A DNA stretch of 64,000 nt from Felis catus (taxonomy: Eukaryota). Each line of letters begins with the position of its first letter. The first letter of the stretch is position 1. Below, one piece after another: positions 39,114 to 51,660 of this stretch. The stretch spans positions 60,946,001-61,010,000 of the forward strand of contig NC_058377.1 of the NCBI RefSeq assembly GCF_018350175.1, given 5' to 3'. Under the pieces are notes generated by a model. That model searched no databases and was not told the origin of the DNA. It was given only the letters and a program-made list of their open reading frames with translations. Made by a program: the position numbers and the translations under genes.

Positions 39114-39588
39114 TGCATACACACTAGATATTCAGAACTTGCTGATTCTTTTGTGGGTAAGTGTGTGAGCTTAATCTTCCAGCACATTTTAGTCACTGCT
39201 GATTATGCCTGTGATAATTAAAGCCACAGACATGTTATTTTTTTTTTCTATTTTTGTTTAGAATCATATTTTAAAAATCTTTTAAGTCCTAATTAGGACT
39301 GCACTGCTATTAAGGTTGATAGATAGGTGGTTGCATAGAGAAATAGCAATCAGAAAAGAGGTGGGACAATTAGATATAAGAAGACTATAACCCCAGGCCT
39401 AACGTCTAAGACATCTTATCTAGATTTTGTTGCTGCTTAATTCAATCAATAACTTGACATTTGAGGGCCTACTTAGTATAGGCAGTGTAGCTTTGCGTTC
39501 AGTCTCTATTCTGTCATTACTATCTTCAGGTTCCTACAATTGTTCAGAAATTGCTGAGTTGAGTTTTCATTGTGGCTGACAATGCTCA

Positions 39589-40518
39589 TCAACCTTGTTA
39601 TCACATAGTTTTGCCAGGATCCGATTTCTAATCTGCTGACTCATCACTGAGTATACAATGGGATTCATTAGAGGGTACCAGAAGGAAAATATCAGCTATA
39701 ATGGCCCTAATGACTGGGGAAACATTTTTTGGCAAAGCGATGAAGGGCGGCCAAGGCACATAGAAGATGAACACAGCACAGATGTGGGAGATGCAGGTGT
39801 TGAGAACCTTGAGGCGGCCCTTGTGTGAGGCAATGCCTAGAATAAGTTTCAAGATCAACATGTAAGACACAGAAATGCACCCCAAGTACAATAAGGATGT
39901 AAGAGCCACAAAGAGTCCATAGATAACATTGACCCTGTTGTCAGAACAGGCCAGCTTCATGACATTCAGGTGGAGGCAGTAGGAGTGGGATAGAAGGCTT
40001 TTCCTACAGAATTTCAGCCTCTTTAGAATAAAGGGGAAAGGGAGGACAAACATGATACATAATGCAGCAAATATGAGGCCGATTTTAAAGACTCTGGCAC
40101 TGGTCAGGATGGAGGTGTATCTCAGAGAGCTGTAGATGGCTATGAAGTGATCTATGGACATGATGAGAAGAACTGATGACTCTATAGCTGAGAATCCATG
40201 AATGAAAAACTCTTGGGCAAAGCAGCCCTTGGGGGAAATTCCAGTGGCATTGAACAAGAAGATTCTCAGCATGGTTGGAAGGGAGGAGATGGAAAGTCCC
40301 AGGTCAGAAAAGGCCAGCATGGAGAGAAAATAATACATTGGAGCATGCAGAGAGGTCTCTGTTTTTATGAAAAAGAGGACAGTGCAGTTCCCCAGGATGG
40401 CAAGGAGGTACATGAGGCAAATGGGGATCAAGACCCAAATGTGAGCATGCTCCATGCCTGGGATCCCAATGAGGAAGAAGGTAGAGATTTCCATTTCAGA
40501 GGTGTTCAAGACTGACAT
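39589..40518 (-). pseudogene. OR51A-subfamily olfactory receptor pseudogene
   Basis: OR51A N-terminus (MSVLNTSEMEISTFFLIGIPG), but DRF changed to DHF and HQD to HLN; ~10-nt deletion after FYVP (~39755), +1 A in the run at 39725-39730, and a 2-nt deletion at ~39672 that puts MNPIVYSV..QQIRNRILAKLC out of frame. Confidence 0.88.
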
Positions 40519-41889
40519 TGCAGGAATGTGAGGGGCTCATAATATGAATCTCAGAAGAGCCTTCCTGAAATGGCCTAAATAGCTTAGCGTATGCTTTAAA
40601 ATGTTGGTGTGAAATCTTAGGATTGCACTTTTTTTTCTTTGTATAAGAATTCTTGGACTAAAACAACATATTTTATAATATACTTGTAGGAGTAATAGCA
40701 GGACTCATATAGATAGGATATGAAAAGAAACATGAATATAGATTAATATGCAGTAATTGCTAGCAGATAGATATTTCAAATATTTTAAATGCTTTTCCTG
40801 ATCTCATTATACAAGAAGGAAGCAGTAAATTTCACAGCTTCTATAGACATCTTTTTAAGGATTGTCATGCCTTTAAGTTTGAAACCTGTTTGGAGAAATA
40901 TAGGATCAAAGAAGGATGTCACTTAGACCAATTGCATTTATAGTTATAAATGAATATTAATTTTTAAAAACAGTTTTCTTTCAAAAAATGGGGCTAGCAA
41001 GGGTTAACATCCATATCTAAAAGGATGAAGGTAGACCTGTATGTCACATTTTATGCAAAAGTTATCTCAAAACACATTATAGAGCTCAATCAAAAAAGAG
41101 CTACAACAATAAATGTCTTCGAAGGAAACTTAGGTGGTAAGTTTTTGTCATCTGGGGTTGTGCTGTCTGTGAGGTCACTGCTGCTCTTTGTCTTCCCTCT
41201 GGCTTCATAGAATCTCATATAAGCAGATATCGTTTTGATGTGCACTAAATGAATGAAAAGTTATACCCTCAATGCAGAGGTATGTATAAATTAAATTTAT
41301 AAATGTAATTATATGTATAAATTAAATCATAAAATGAATTTTATGCAAAACCCACCTTCACACCATTGCTTAAAAATCTGTGAACTCATAGTTTTTTGTT
41401 AGAATTGTACAGTTCCTTTCTGTTCATATGTAGAGAGAAAATGTAAAGAGATATTTAAACCTATAAAGAAGCATGCTGAGTTAGGACAGACAATAGAGCA
41501 AGTAACTCCTAGTGGTCCCTATAGCCTTCTTACTGATGCCCCTGCAAACTCAGTAGTTTTGCATGTCTGCGCCCAGAAACACCTATACTAACCTGTGAGG
41601 CAATAACTCTATCATTCAGCAAACATGTCACCCCACAGCCAGCCAGATTCCAGTACCTGCCTCTGAATTTCTCTCTGTGCCAGGTTAGTGATTCTGGCCT
41701 AGACTTGACTGGTTGCTATCATTTAGCAGGACTCTGGACTTCTACCATGCATTTACAGAATTGTTGGACTTTTTAGAGGGTTAGGGTAATGGCATCCATC
41801 CTAATCACTTGGAAACCACAGCCAGCCAGATACCGTGTGAAATTTTTGCTTGAGCTGGTACAAAGGCAAGTGGCAGCTATGAACATTTG

Positions 41890-42145
41890 GAAACTTACCA
41901 GTAAGTTGGTAAGTGGTTGTACCCACATGGCAGAGTAAAGAGGAAATGGAGGTGGCATGCAGTCACCAGAATTTCACTGCTATGTAGGCACAACAGTCCA
42001 TCCTGACCTGCAGAGTCTAGTCCTGCCTTCCTGCTGCTTTCCTATTTGCCCAGAAAGCTTTGAGGATTCCAGCTCAGCAGGCTGTACCCAGAGAAAAAGA
42101 AAACTCCCTGGAGGTGAAACCTCAAGAACCCAGGAGAGTCATCCA
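41890..42145 (-). promoter_or_regulatory. Candidate promoter and first exon of the OR51A pseudogene
   Basis: O/E-like TCCCTGGAGG (42105-42114) and ACCCAGGAGA (~42128); donor TG|GTAAGT at 41898. Confidence 0.4.
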
Positions 42146-42704
42146 ACCCCCTGTAAATGAGATGAACTCATCCTTTTAGCAAAACACCCCTTAAGCCTCC
42201 TCTACCCCCTCTGGCAGAATATGCTCCTGTCTTCAAAGGTCAAGAGCATCATGTGAATACTCTTAGAACAGTTTCACAGTGTCTGATAACTATGCCTGTA
42301 TGTGTCTGCCTCCTTCACTACACTTTATCCCCTTAAACTTATGTGTGTTTCCTTCTACAAACTGACAAGGTTTTGAACATTAAATTTGCATCTAGTATTT
42401 TCAAATATGGTAGTTTGCAACTGCATTCAGACTTCACTGTGGAATTTTATAAACATAGAGATTTCTAGGCCTACTCTAGAGTCACTGAATCTCTTTACTT
42501 GATATTCATGGTATAGTCTTTGCATTTTCTTCGTATAGTATGTGTATTAGTTCCTATGATTATTATGTTATATATGAGTATTGTTTTCACTGTAAAAGTG
42601 AAATTGTCAGTTGCATTATATGTACTATGAGCTCTCATTAGACTTAACAATGAGCATTTTAAGATAAACGTAACACTCTTCCATTAGCTTAAAATCAATA
42701 TCTT

Positions 42705-43183
42705 TTTTAACTTTTTTAATTTTTTTTTTTAAATTTTTTTTCAACGTTTATTTATTTTTTTTGGGACAGAGAGAGACATAGCATGAACGGGGGAGGGGCA
42801 GAGAGAGAGGGAGACACAGAATCGGAAACAGGCTCCAGGCTCTGAGCCATCAGCCCAGAGCCTGACGCGGGGCTCGAACTCACGGACCGCGAGATCGTGA
42901 CCTGGCTGAAGTCGGACGCTTAACCGACTGCGCCACCCAGGCGCCCCACTTTTTTAATTTAAAAAAAAAAATTTTTAACGTTTATTTACTTTTGAGACAG
43001 AGAGAGACAGAGCATGAATGGGGGAGGGTCAGAGAGAGAGAGAGGGAGACACAGAATCCGAAACAGGCTCCAAGCTCTGAGCTGTCAACACAGAGCCCGA
43101 CGCGGGGCTCCAACTCACGAGCAGTGAGATCGTGACCTGAGCCGAAGTCGGACGCTTAACTGACTGAGCCACCCAGGCGCCCC
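42705..43183 (-). mobile_element. Two nested Can-SINEs
   Basis: Outer TSD TAAAATCAATATCTT (42690-42704, 43184-43198); inner SINE 42723-42947 with TSD ACTTTTTTAATTT. Confidence 0.95.
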
Positions 43184-43399
43184 TAAAATCAATATCTTAA
43201 AACAATAGTTTTTGTTTGACTCTGATGCATTCATGAAAGCTCTACAGTTAGCAACAGTCCAGAGTTTTATCTTCAGTATGAAAGGACCCAGGCAGAGCTT
43301 GTGGAAAAGGCCTGCACCCAATACTTCAAACTTCAAAGGACAGAGTCTTAGGTAACTTTCAGTGGGTTGAGTTGTGATTTCCAGAACTCTTTTCATTCA

Positions 43400-44560
43400 A
43401 TAGACAATATTTCATGAGACTGTTAACCCAAGATCCAACAGAAGAGTTCATTGCATAGGACTGGCTGAACTGATGGGTAGCATCCTAATATGTTGTTTGG
43501 AATATTGTTAATGTTATCATCTTGTTCTATTTTCTGAATATATAAGGAGGATTTTTCTTTCTCTTAAGCTATTTCCAACCAATCATAATCTAGTAGACTC
43601 TGCTTTTGTAAAATGCAATGAAACATTTTGAAGTTATAACAGATTCTCATTGAATCCTCAGTGTTGAGGAACTCTTACTGAGTGTCTTTGCTTTTCATAC
43701 TACGTGTATTTGCATAGGTGCAATAAGATCCTGTCCTCTTTTCACCAAGGTCTGATTTGGAGGATTGGTTATGCAACCAAGTCCTTTCCTAGAATGTCAT
43801 ATTTGAAAATGTTGCTCATTTAATCAAGTATGACTAGTGACTTTTAGTGAACGAAGTTTGACTGTATAAAATCTGTCCTGACAAAGCCCTGTTACTTGGT
43901 TTATAGGCATAGCCAGTAAAACTGGTAAGGGAGATCACTTCCATGACAGGACAGGATACTGGGACATTTGGGGGATCTGAGTAAAGGAAATACTGCCCAA
44001 ATGTATACATACCTGAAGGAGTAATTTGGTGAAGACAATTTCTTGGTTATAGCTCCCTATTCTGGATATAGTGTATGATAGCAGCTTTTAAACATCTAAT
44101 CTGATTCTGTATGGAAATCTCTAGCACTGCAAACTCAAGAAGGCCCATCTGGTATATCATCATTCTTTCTGCATCTGTGTAAATAATGAGATAAAATCTA
44201 ATGAAAGCCCAATCAAGAATAATCTTTCTTTGAAATTATATTTAATTTAATTTAATTTAATTTTTTAATGTTTATTCATTTTTGAGAGACAGAGAGAGGG
44301 ACAGAGTGTGAGCAAGGGAAGGGCAGACAGAGAGGGAACACACAGTATCAGAAGCAGGCTCCAGGCTCTGAGCTGTCAGCACAGAGCCCAATGCAGGCCT
44401 TGAACTCACAAACTGTGAGATCATGACCTGAGCCCAAGTCAGAGATTTAACTGACTGAGCCACCCAGGCACCCCTGAAATTATATTTTATTTAAAATGGG
44501 GGAGACTATACAGGAAAACGTGTGCTTCCGTGGGAAGCTACATTTTTATAGCATGTTCTT
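43400..44560. mobile_element. Probable decayed ERV1 (MER4-group-like) internal fragment, interrupted by a Can-SINE at 44244-44474
   Basis: Phrases such as gtatttgcataggtgcaataaga and agaatgtcatatttgaaaatg recall non-autonomous ERV1 internal sequence; SINE TSD TGAAATTATATTT. Confidence 0.35.
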
Positions 44561-44933
44561 ATGGGTTATCTGATTTTGATATGCAGGGACTTGGTATTTT
44601 CAATGCTTTTGAGCTATTTTCCAACTCTGTAAGTCTCTGTAAGTTGTAGATACTAACAGCAACAAAGTAATTCAGGTAGGTAGACCAGCAAATAAATTCT
44701 GACTGGTGGAGGGTCAATAGGCATGTCTCACAAAGTGAAAGAGACTATTTGTAGTCATTTGACAAATAATGTCAACATTCCTATCTATAAATATTTTATA
44801 TGGGATCTCCTTTGAACATTTTGTATTATTTGCCTGGTTCTTTCATTAAAAATAAGTTAAATTAGATCTCTAATGGATGTTCATTTTATGCCATTGTGAA
44901 AGCTATTATTTTTACCTTTTTTGAAAATTAGTC

Positions 44934-44943
44934 CTTTTAAATT

Positions 44944-44975
<32 letters not shown>

Positions 44976-45384
44976 TTATTTACTTTTAGAGAGAGAGCAT
45001 GAGAAGGAGAGAGGGGCAGAGGGAGGAGGAAGAATCTCAAGCAGACTCTATGCCCAGAGCAGAACCTGATGCAGGGGCTCAATCTCATGACTGTGAGATC
45101 ATCACCTAAGCCAAAATCAAGAGTTCAACGCTTACCCAACTGAGCCACTCAGGCACCTTGGCTTGTTTGCTTTATTTATTTATTTATTTATTTATGAGAG
45201 AGAGAGCATGGGCATGAGCGGGGGATGAGAGAGGGAGAGAATCCTAAGCAGGCTCCATGTCCAGTGTGGACCCCAATCAGGGCTCCATCTCATGACTGTT
45301 GGGATCATGACCTGAGCCAAAATCAACAGTCAGAGCCGAAATCAAGAATCACATACTTAACTGACTGAGCCACTCATGCACCCC
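44934..45384 (-). mobile_element. Head-to-tail pair of older Can-SINEs with (TCTA)n tail
   Basis: Units 44934-45158 and 45160-45384; single flanking TSD TGAAAATTRGTC. Confidence 0.85.
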
Positions 45385-45733
45385 TGAAAATTGGTCTTAG
45401 TCACGGTTTATATCTGTGCCTGAGAGAGAGGCAAATCATATACATTATAAAGAGCTACGACATTTAGAACTCCCACAGAAACCGGGAAGACAGGAAACTT
45501 TCTATGATGTATAACATAGTGATATTTTTAATGCTCAGGAAGAAAATACTGAAACAAATGAAATGGGTGAATGAATTAAATTCTTCTTATATTTTTGTTA
45601 ACACTGCATGTGTTTATTGTTTGTTTTATTGGTTCTATGTGTGCTCATATCATTGTCCATTTCAATTTTAGTTCCTGAGGGCATAGGCATATTTAATAAA
45701 AGTCAAAACTATGAATTGGAGAGCACTATTTTA

Positions 45734-45786
45734 TTTATTTTTTTAAGATTATCGATTTATTCTTGGTGGGGGGGGATACCAGGGAA

Positions 45787-45836
<50 letters not shown>

Positions 45837-45963
45837 CCCAAGCAGGCTCTATACTGACAGTGCATAGCTCAATGTGAGATTTGAACTCATGAACCCACAA
45901 GATCATGACCTGAGCTGAGATCAAGAGTTGGACATGTAAACGACTGAGCCACCCAGGCACCCC
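45734..45963 (-). mobile_element. Can-SINE with long (GA)n
   Basis: 17-bp TSD TGGAGAGCACTATTTTA at 45717-45733 and 45964-45980. Confidence 0.92.
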
Positions 45964-46355
45964 TGGAGAGCACTATTTTAAATGAAGAGGCAATCCTCTG
46001 TCACTTCTGATTGCTATCCAATTGTTATATAAATGTATACTGTTAATTCTCAAATGAATATATAGGATATCACTTTAAGTATGATGAAATTGACAAGCAT
46101 ATATTGTGTTCATGAGGCTGGTTAAAGCAAGCTAGGTGAAAGTGGACACTTAGGATACAATTTTATATTTATATATGAGCCATACTCTTAAATCTTAATC
46201 CAAAAACATTGCAAGGCTGATTCTTCAATCTTAATAAACATGTTGGAAAGATGGTATTGTAAAGCAATTAATATATGGTGTGATTCCTTGTTGATTCATT
46301 CTGCTTGTTCTGTGTCATTCACTGATTGAGATTTCATTGTGGTTAAGCATCGCTG

Positions 46356-47297
46356 TCAGCTGTGTTTCTGACACAGCTTCCCTAAAACCATATTTCTTAT
46401 CTGTTGGCTCTTCACACAGTATACAATGGGATTCATCAATGGAGGTACCAACAGGAAAACATCAGCCATGAAGATCCTAACTATTGGGGAGCTGTGTTTG
46501 GCAAACCGGTAGATAACAGTTAGAGAGAAAATGGGAACATAGAAGATGAGCACAGCACAGATGTGGGACACGCAGGTGTTGAGGACCTTGAGCCTTTGTT
46601 TCTGTGATGCTATGCTCAATACTGCTTTCAGTATCATCATATAGGACATGAAAATAAATCCTAAGTCTAGGGTGCCTGTGACAGCCACAAATAAGCCATA
46701 GATGACATTGACCTTGTTGTCAGAGCAGGCCAGCTTCATGACATCCTGATGGAGGCAGTAGGAATGGGAAAGGAGGGTCTTCTTACAGTATCTTAGATGT
46801 TTTAGGGTCAAAGGGAAAGGGAGGATCAACAGAACATTTTTGAAAGAAAAAGCAAGCCCAATTTTGGTGACTCTGGCACTGGTCAGGATGGAAGTGTATC
46901 TCAGAGGGTTGCAGATGGCAATAAATCGATCAAAGGACATGATGAGAAGAACTGATGATTCCATAGCTGAGAATCCATGAATAAAAAATTCTTGGGCAAA
47001 GCAGGCATCAGGGGAAATTCCTGGAGCATTGAACAAGAATATCCTTAGCATGGTAGGGAGAGATGAGAGGGACAGTCCTAGGTCAGAGAGAGCCAACATG
47101 GAGAGAAAATAGTACATGGGTTCGTGCAGAGATGGTTCTGTTTTTATGAAAAACAGAATGGTACAGTTCCCCAGGATGGCAATGAGGTACATGAAGCAAA
47201 TAGGTATGGAGACCCAAATGTGGGCATGCTCCATCCCTGGGATCCCAATCAGGAAGAAGGTAGAAATTTCAGTTTCAGAGCTGTTGACGGTGAACAT
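46356..47297 (-). CDS. Class I olfactory receptor, OR51A subfamily (OR51A7-like), 313 aa, intact
   Basis: ATG at 47297 (MFTVNSSETEISTFFLIGIPG); LHEPMYYFL, MSFDRFIAICNPLRY, SHSYCLHQDVMKLAC, PPLMNPIVYCVK. The ORF-track start at 47357 is a TTG. Exact ortholog not determinable. Confidence 0.9.
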   Translation of the reverse strand: MFTVNSSETEISTFFLIGIPGMEHAHIWVSIPICFMYLIAILGNCTILFFIKTEPSLHEPMYYFLSMLALSDLGLSLSSLPTMLRIFLFNAPGISPDACFAQEFFIHGFSAMESSVLLIMSFDRFIAICNPLRYTSILTSARVTKIGLAFSFKNVLLILPFPLTLKHLRYCKKTLLSHSYCLHQDVMKLACSDNKVNVIYGLFVAVTGTLDLGFIFMSYMMILKAVLSIASQKQRLKVLNTCVSHICAVLIFYVPIFSLTVIYRFAKHSSPIVRIFMADVFLLVPPLMNPIVYCVKSQQIRNMVLGKLCQKHS

Positions 47298-50200
47298 GAC
47301 AGGTGAATGAGGGAAACAAGATGAGAAGCTTGGGAGAGGCTTCCTGAAGTGCTGCAAATAGACTGGCTCAGATGCCTGACTCTACCATTTTGGAATCATT
47401 GAGGTATTGTGAATCCAAGGGATATGCACATAATTCTTAGGTATAAACCTAAATGGAGAAACCTAGGAAGAGAAGTATTCATCAATTTCCATTAAAAACA
47501 AAAACTGAGAGAGAAGGAAAACAAATTTATATCAAAATTGAACATTACAACAGAGGTTATAATAGGTATAAGTTCTATACAAGAGCTGATTGGTCAACTA
47601 AGATAATTATATTCCAACTGGAGAACTTGAAACTTTCACTTTTTAATGTAAATATTATACTTTACATACTGTTAAAATTTCAATTAATGTACATAAAATT
47701 CAGAGATAAAATAACATATTTTTATACAATGTCTTCTAACATAGACATAGGTTTTTTTCCTTTCTTCTAATTTCCTTTTATGCCTTTCAGAAACATTTGG
47801 TAATTTTCTCCACAAAGATCTTACATCTTTTGTAAAAAAATTTTTTAGAATCCTTATGCAATTATTTATAAGAGTATTTATAAGATCATTTATTCTCTAT
47901 TACTTTTCTATTTTTCATAATGATTACTGGTCACATAGAGGAACACTGCAGATTTTTGGCATAGAAGCCTGTTATAAGCCTGTCTATGCTGGCCATTCTC
48001 TTTTTGTCTCCTCCTTCCTACCATAGAGTCCTGAGTGTCTCCTCATCTTCTTTTTGCACCTTTGGCCATATATACACGTCTGTAAAGAGATCCTTCAGGA
48101 AACCCTCTTCAATTGACTTCCTCATGTGTCTCTGTGTCTTGCTGGCACATGGTCTTTCATTCCTTTTAGTTAAGATTTTCTTCACCTCCTCTAGTCTTTA
48201 GGCTGTTATCTGCGGTGCAAGATGGGGATTTGCAATTAACTTATTTTGCTTGTAATTTAGTATTCTTAACCTGAAAAGCCATGTATTTTTTCAGCATTGA
48301 ATATCTTCTGCCATTATAATTTTCAACATTGCCTACTAAAATATATCTAGTTGGAACTTGTTGAAACTTCCCAATCTAACTTCCTATTTAGATTGCTTCA
48401 TATCTTCAAACTGTTCATTTGGTTTTTTTGCATTTTGGTGAACTCTTTAGTACCACTTCTTATTTACTAATTCTGTTTTCATTTGTTACTGGTCCCAAAT
48501 GTATCCCAACTATTGAGTTTTATTTCAATTACTCTATTTTCTTTTATAATTCATATTTATATTTTCAATTTATATCTACCTACCCCCATAATTTTTCATT
48601 CATTTTATTGTTATTATGCCACCTTCAAGTTTTGAGGATCTTAAGAATGGCTGCTTCAAAATTCATTTTAAATTGCTTTAGTTTTTCTTTTCTCATCAGT
48701 GAATGCTATTATCGAAATTGTAGAGTTTTTTTTTCAGTGTTAGTCTTCATACATGTTTCAGAATTTTACTTGTAAGCGCACCTTGAGTGAAAATTTCCTT
48801 GTCTGTTTGATGATTTATTTTGTTCATGCCCCATGTTTAGATGTGGCAGTTGACTCTTCCTCACTTCCTTAAGGTTGTCAACTGTACTAAGTCTTTTTAT
48901 AACGGTTAAAGGATACTGTTTCAAATGAGAGTTGAGGACGGTTTTGCCCTTCCCATCTCCCACCCTCAACTATCTCAAGACCTGGCTTGTTATGGGGAAT
49001 AGATTTGAGCTGTGACAACACCTATTTCTGCTCTCCATGTGGATTAACAGCTTCATGTCCCAAGTAGGGTAACCACTTGGTAAGGGTAAGCCACATTGGT
49101 TTCTGGATTCAACTTCAACACATAATTATGTATTTTTACATGGCATCTCATCTCTCTTTCTCTCTCTCTCTATCATCTATCATCATCCATCTATCATTTA
49201 ACATCTATCAATTATCATGTATTTTCTATCTATTTGTCTATCTAAGGAGCATGGCAATATCTCTTTATTATTTTTATCTTTTATTTATTATTACTACGTG
49301 TGTAGAGTAAAATGGAAATTGACATACCAAATTTAGCTCACTATACCATATTGAATAAAATTCTCCATCAAAACTTCAATACAATTTAAAAAATATAACC
49401 TGTTAATGTTCAAGAAAAATGGTTTTGAGAATTGTTTGATCATATGCTATTTGTAAAATAATGAGTTAATGTATTAATTTATTCAATGATACACTAGAGC
49501 TAATTGCAGGCTTCATCATCAATTTTTGTCATGAGGAATTTGATAATGTCTCTCAGATCTGAACTATTTAGGCCATTTCTTAGTACTTCCATTCTTATTT
49601 TTACATACATCTTCAACCATTTTGTCACAATGATTCTGTTGTCATGATGGAAAATACTTAAAAGCTCATGTTCCCTTTTTTCTTAACTATTTTTTTTCCC
49701 TGGAATTCATCTCTCCTATAATCTCAAATGCCAAGCATTGTAATCCACCTTCAGTTTTCTCTAGGCTATTGTTGCTTCTTGATCTTTCACTGCCTTCTGA
49801 ATGAGTTTTCTGGACGAACCCCACCTCCAACTTCCTGTATTTATTTTCCTCTGCCCAAATTACTTCCACTTCTGGGTTGTCTATAAACATTTTAGTGACA
49901 TTTATTCCCGTTAAGAATGAGATGTGTAGGAGACAGACAATTAGAAAGAAATGCCTAGGAAGTTTTGCATTATATAATACATTATTTGCATTTTTTAATA
50001 AAGTAAAAAACCTGTCAGGTGTTTGGATATTGTTCACTTTAGAGTTTGGCAAACTCTCATACAAATTCATAGTAAAGTAATGAATAAACTGTACTTTCAG
50101 TGACTAGTTTGTGACAGCTGTCTGCCTAGACACTAATCCAGTTGTGTCAACAACCAATGAAGGGCTATCCGTTAGACCTAGTGTCTTCAGATTCCCCAAA

Positions 50201-50847
50201 CTTGCTTCTGACGTTAATCTGGAAGGAGTAAGATTAATGTTTAATGAAAACTGAAGTTTTATTTTAACAAGGATTGTGTAAGGGGTTTGCTTGTTTGGTT
50301 TATGTAACCACACGGAGTTATTGGATCATTCCCTTTAGAACAGATAGCATCAAAGCATGTTTACTGTCAGATTTGTTGAGCTAAGTGAGACGTTTGAGAA
50401 ATGTTGCTTTGCTGCCCAGGGTCCCTCTTCTGCCTAGCTTGTCTTTGAACTCGCCTACTTCCATCTTTACTTCAGCACCCTTCCTGCCAATGTCTCCATC
50501 CCTGCTGCAGGCAGTTCTTCCTGGGCTGTAGAGGGGACTCTGCTCTTTCAATTTTCTCCTAGATATTATCTAGCAAACTTTCTCCCATACTTCATAAGTT
50601 GTCAATAACTTAGCACTGGTTTTGCACAGTAATCATGTAATAATTTTGAATCTTTTAATCAATTTAAGCATTTTGAGATCTGAGTTATTAATTTTTCCAT
50701 ACCAAATCCCATTAATAACTTCGTGTTTATAAGTTCTCTTAATGTAATAAAAACTTGTTTACTGATAAATCAAAAAAATGGAGTAATAACATTTTCAACA
50801 AGCACATTATTTATTCTTCACTATCAACCTCTACTTCTCCTAAATTA

Positions 50848-50852
50848 ATATA

Positions 50853-50905
<53 letters not shown>
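50848..50905. repeat. (TA)n microsatellite
   Basis: Direct reading. Confidence 0.97.
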
Positions 50906-50908
<3 letters not shown>

Positions 50909-51279
50909 GAAAGTGCTATATGTCTCTGGAAGAGCCATTTTATTTGCTTTGAAGTGTGACATTTTTAAAGAGTCTACAAGAAAGTAAAACACTGCACAGA
51001 AAAATTTCTAGTATGTTGTTTTCATCTCAGAAGGGCCTACCCAACCCTATTCTGTACTTTGCAAAAACATAAAAAATGCAGTGTAAGTAACAGATACAGA
51101 ATGTCTTTAAAGGATGGATTTAGAATAAAGTTTACTGTTTATATGGAAGTTTTAAATAAGGTTGTTTATCATGTTCTTTAAGTTAAAGGTAGAGTGATTT
51201 TCAATGAAGTCATTGGGACTACTTCAGGTGTTGACTATATCCTGATATTGAAGCAGGCATTGAACAGTGAAATCATGAT

Positions 51280-51660
51280 AGCTTACCAGGGATAAGAGAT
51301 GCATCTTGTGGTTACTGACTGATAAAATCATGAGGGTTTTCAGGTACTTACCAAGGTGTTGGCCACTGCATTTATATTCTTTAAGTTCAAAAAAGAGATG
51401 AACACAGGATGAAGTCACCCAAATCCCATTTGATAGACACAACAAGGGTTGATCATGACAGTTTGATTCTAGTCCTTCTACCTGGATGCCCTTTTAGCAT
51501 AACAAAGGCCTCTGGGGATGACAACTCTGGAAATTATCCAGAAGGGTTAAAAAGCCCCCAGACAAGTCCTTAAATGAATTAGTTCAAGGAACATTCAACT
51601 GAATTCCCATTATGCATATGAATTAGCCATTTATGTTTAAGGCCCTAAGAGGCCTCTCCT
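51280..51660 (-). promoter_or_regulatory. Candidate promoter and first exon of the OR51A gene at 46356-47297
   Basis: Apparently non-repetitive island with donors TG|GTAAGT (51351) and TG|GTAAGC (~51286), O/E-like CCTCTGGGGA (~51509), and several TAAT cores at 51570-51630. Confidence 0.35.

Noticed and set aside
30863-47310. Similar antisense ORFs over OR51A genes (MGSCKEGSV.., MGSCRDGSV.., MQRGLC..)
   Set aside because: Shadow frames of paralogous OR coding sequence.
31357-47357. N-terminal extensions of the two intact OR51A ORFs (to 31488 and 47357)
   Set aside because: Both begin at TTG and cross predicted splice acceptors; the family N-terminus starts at the downstream ATG.
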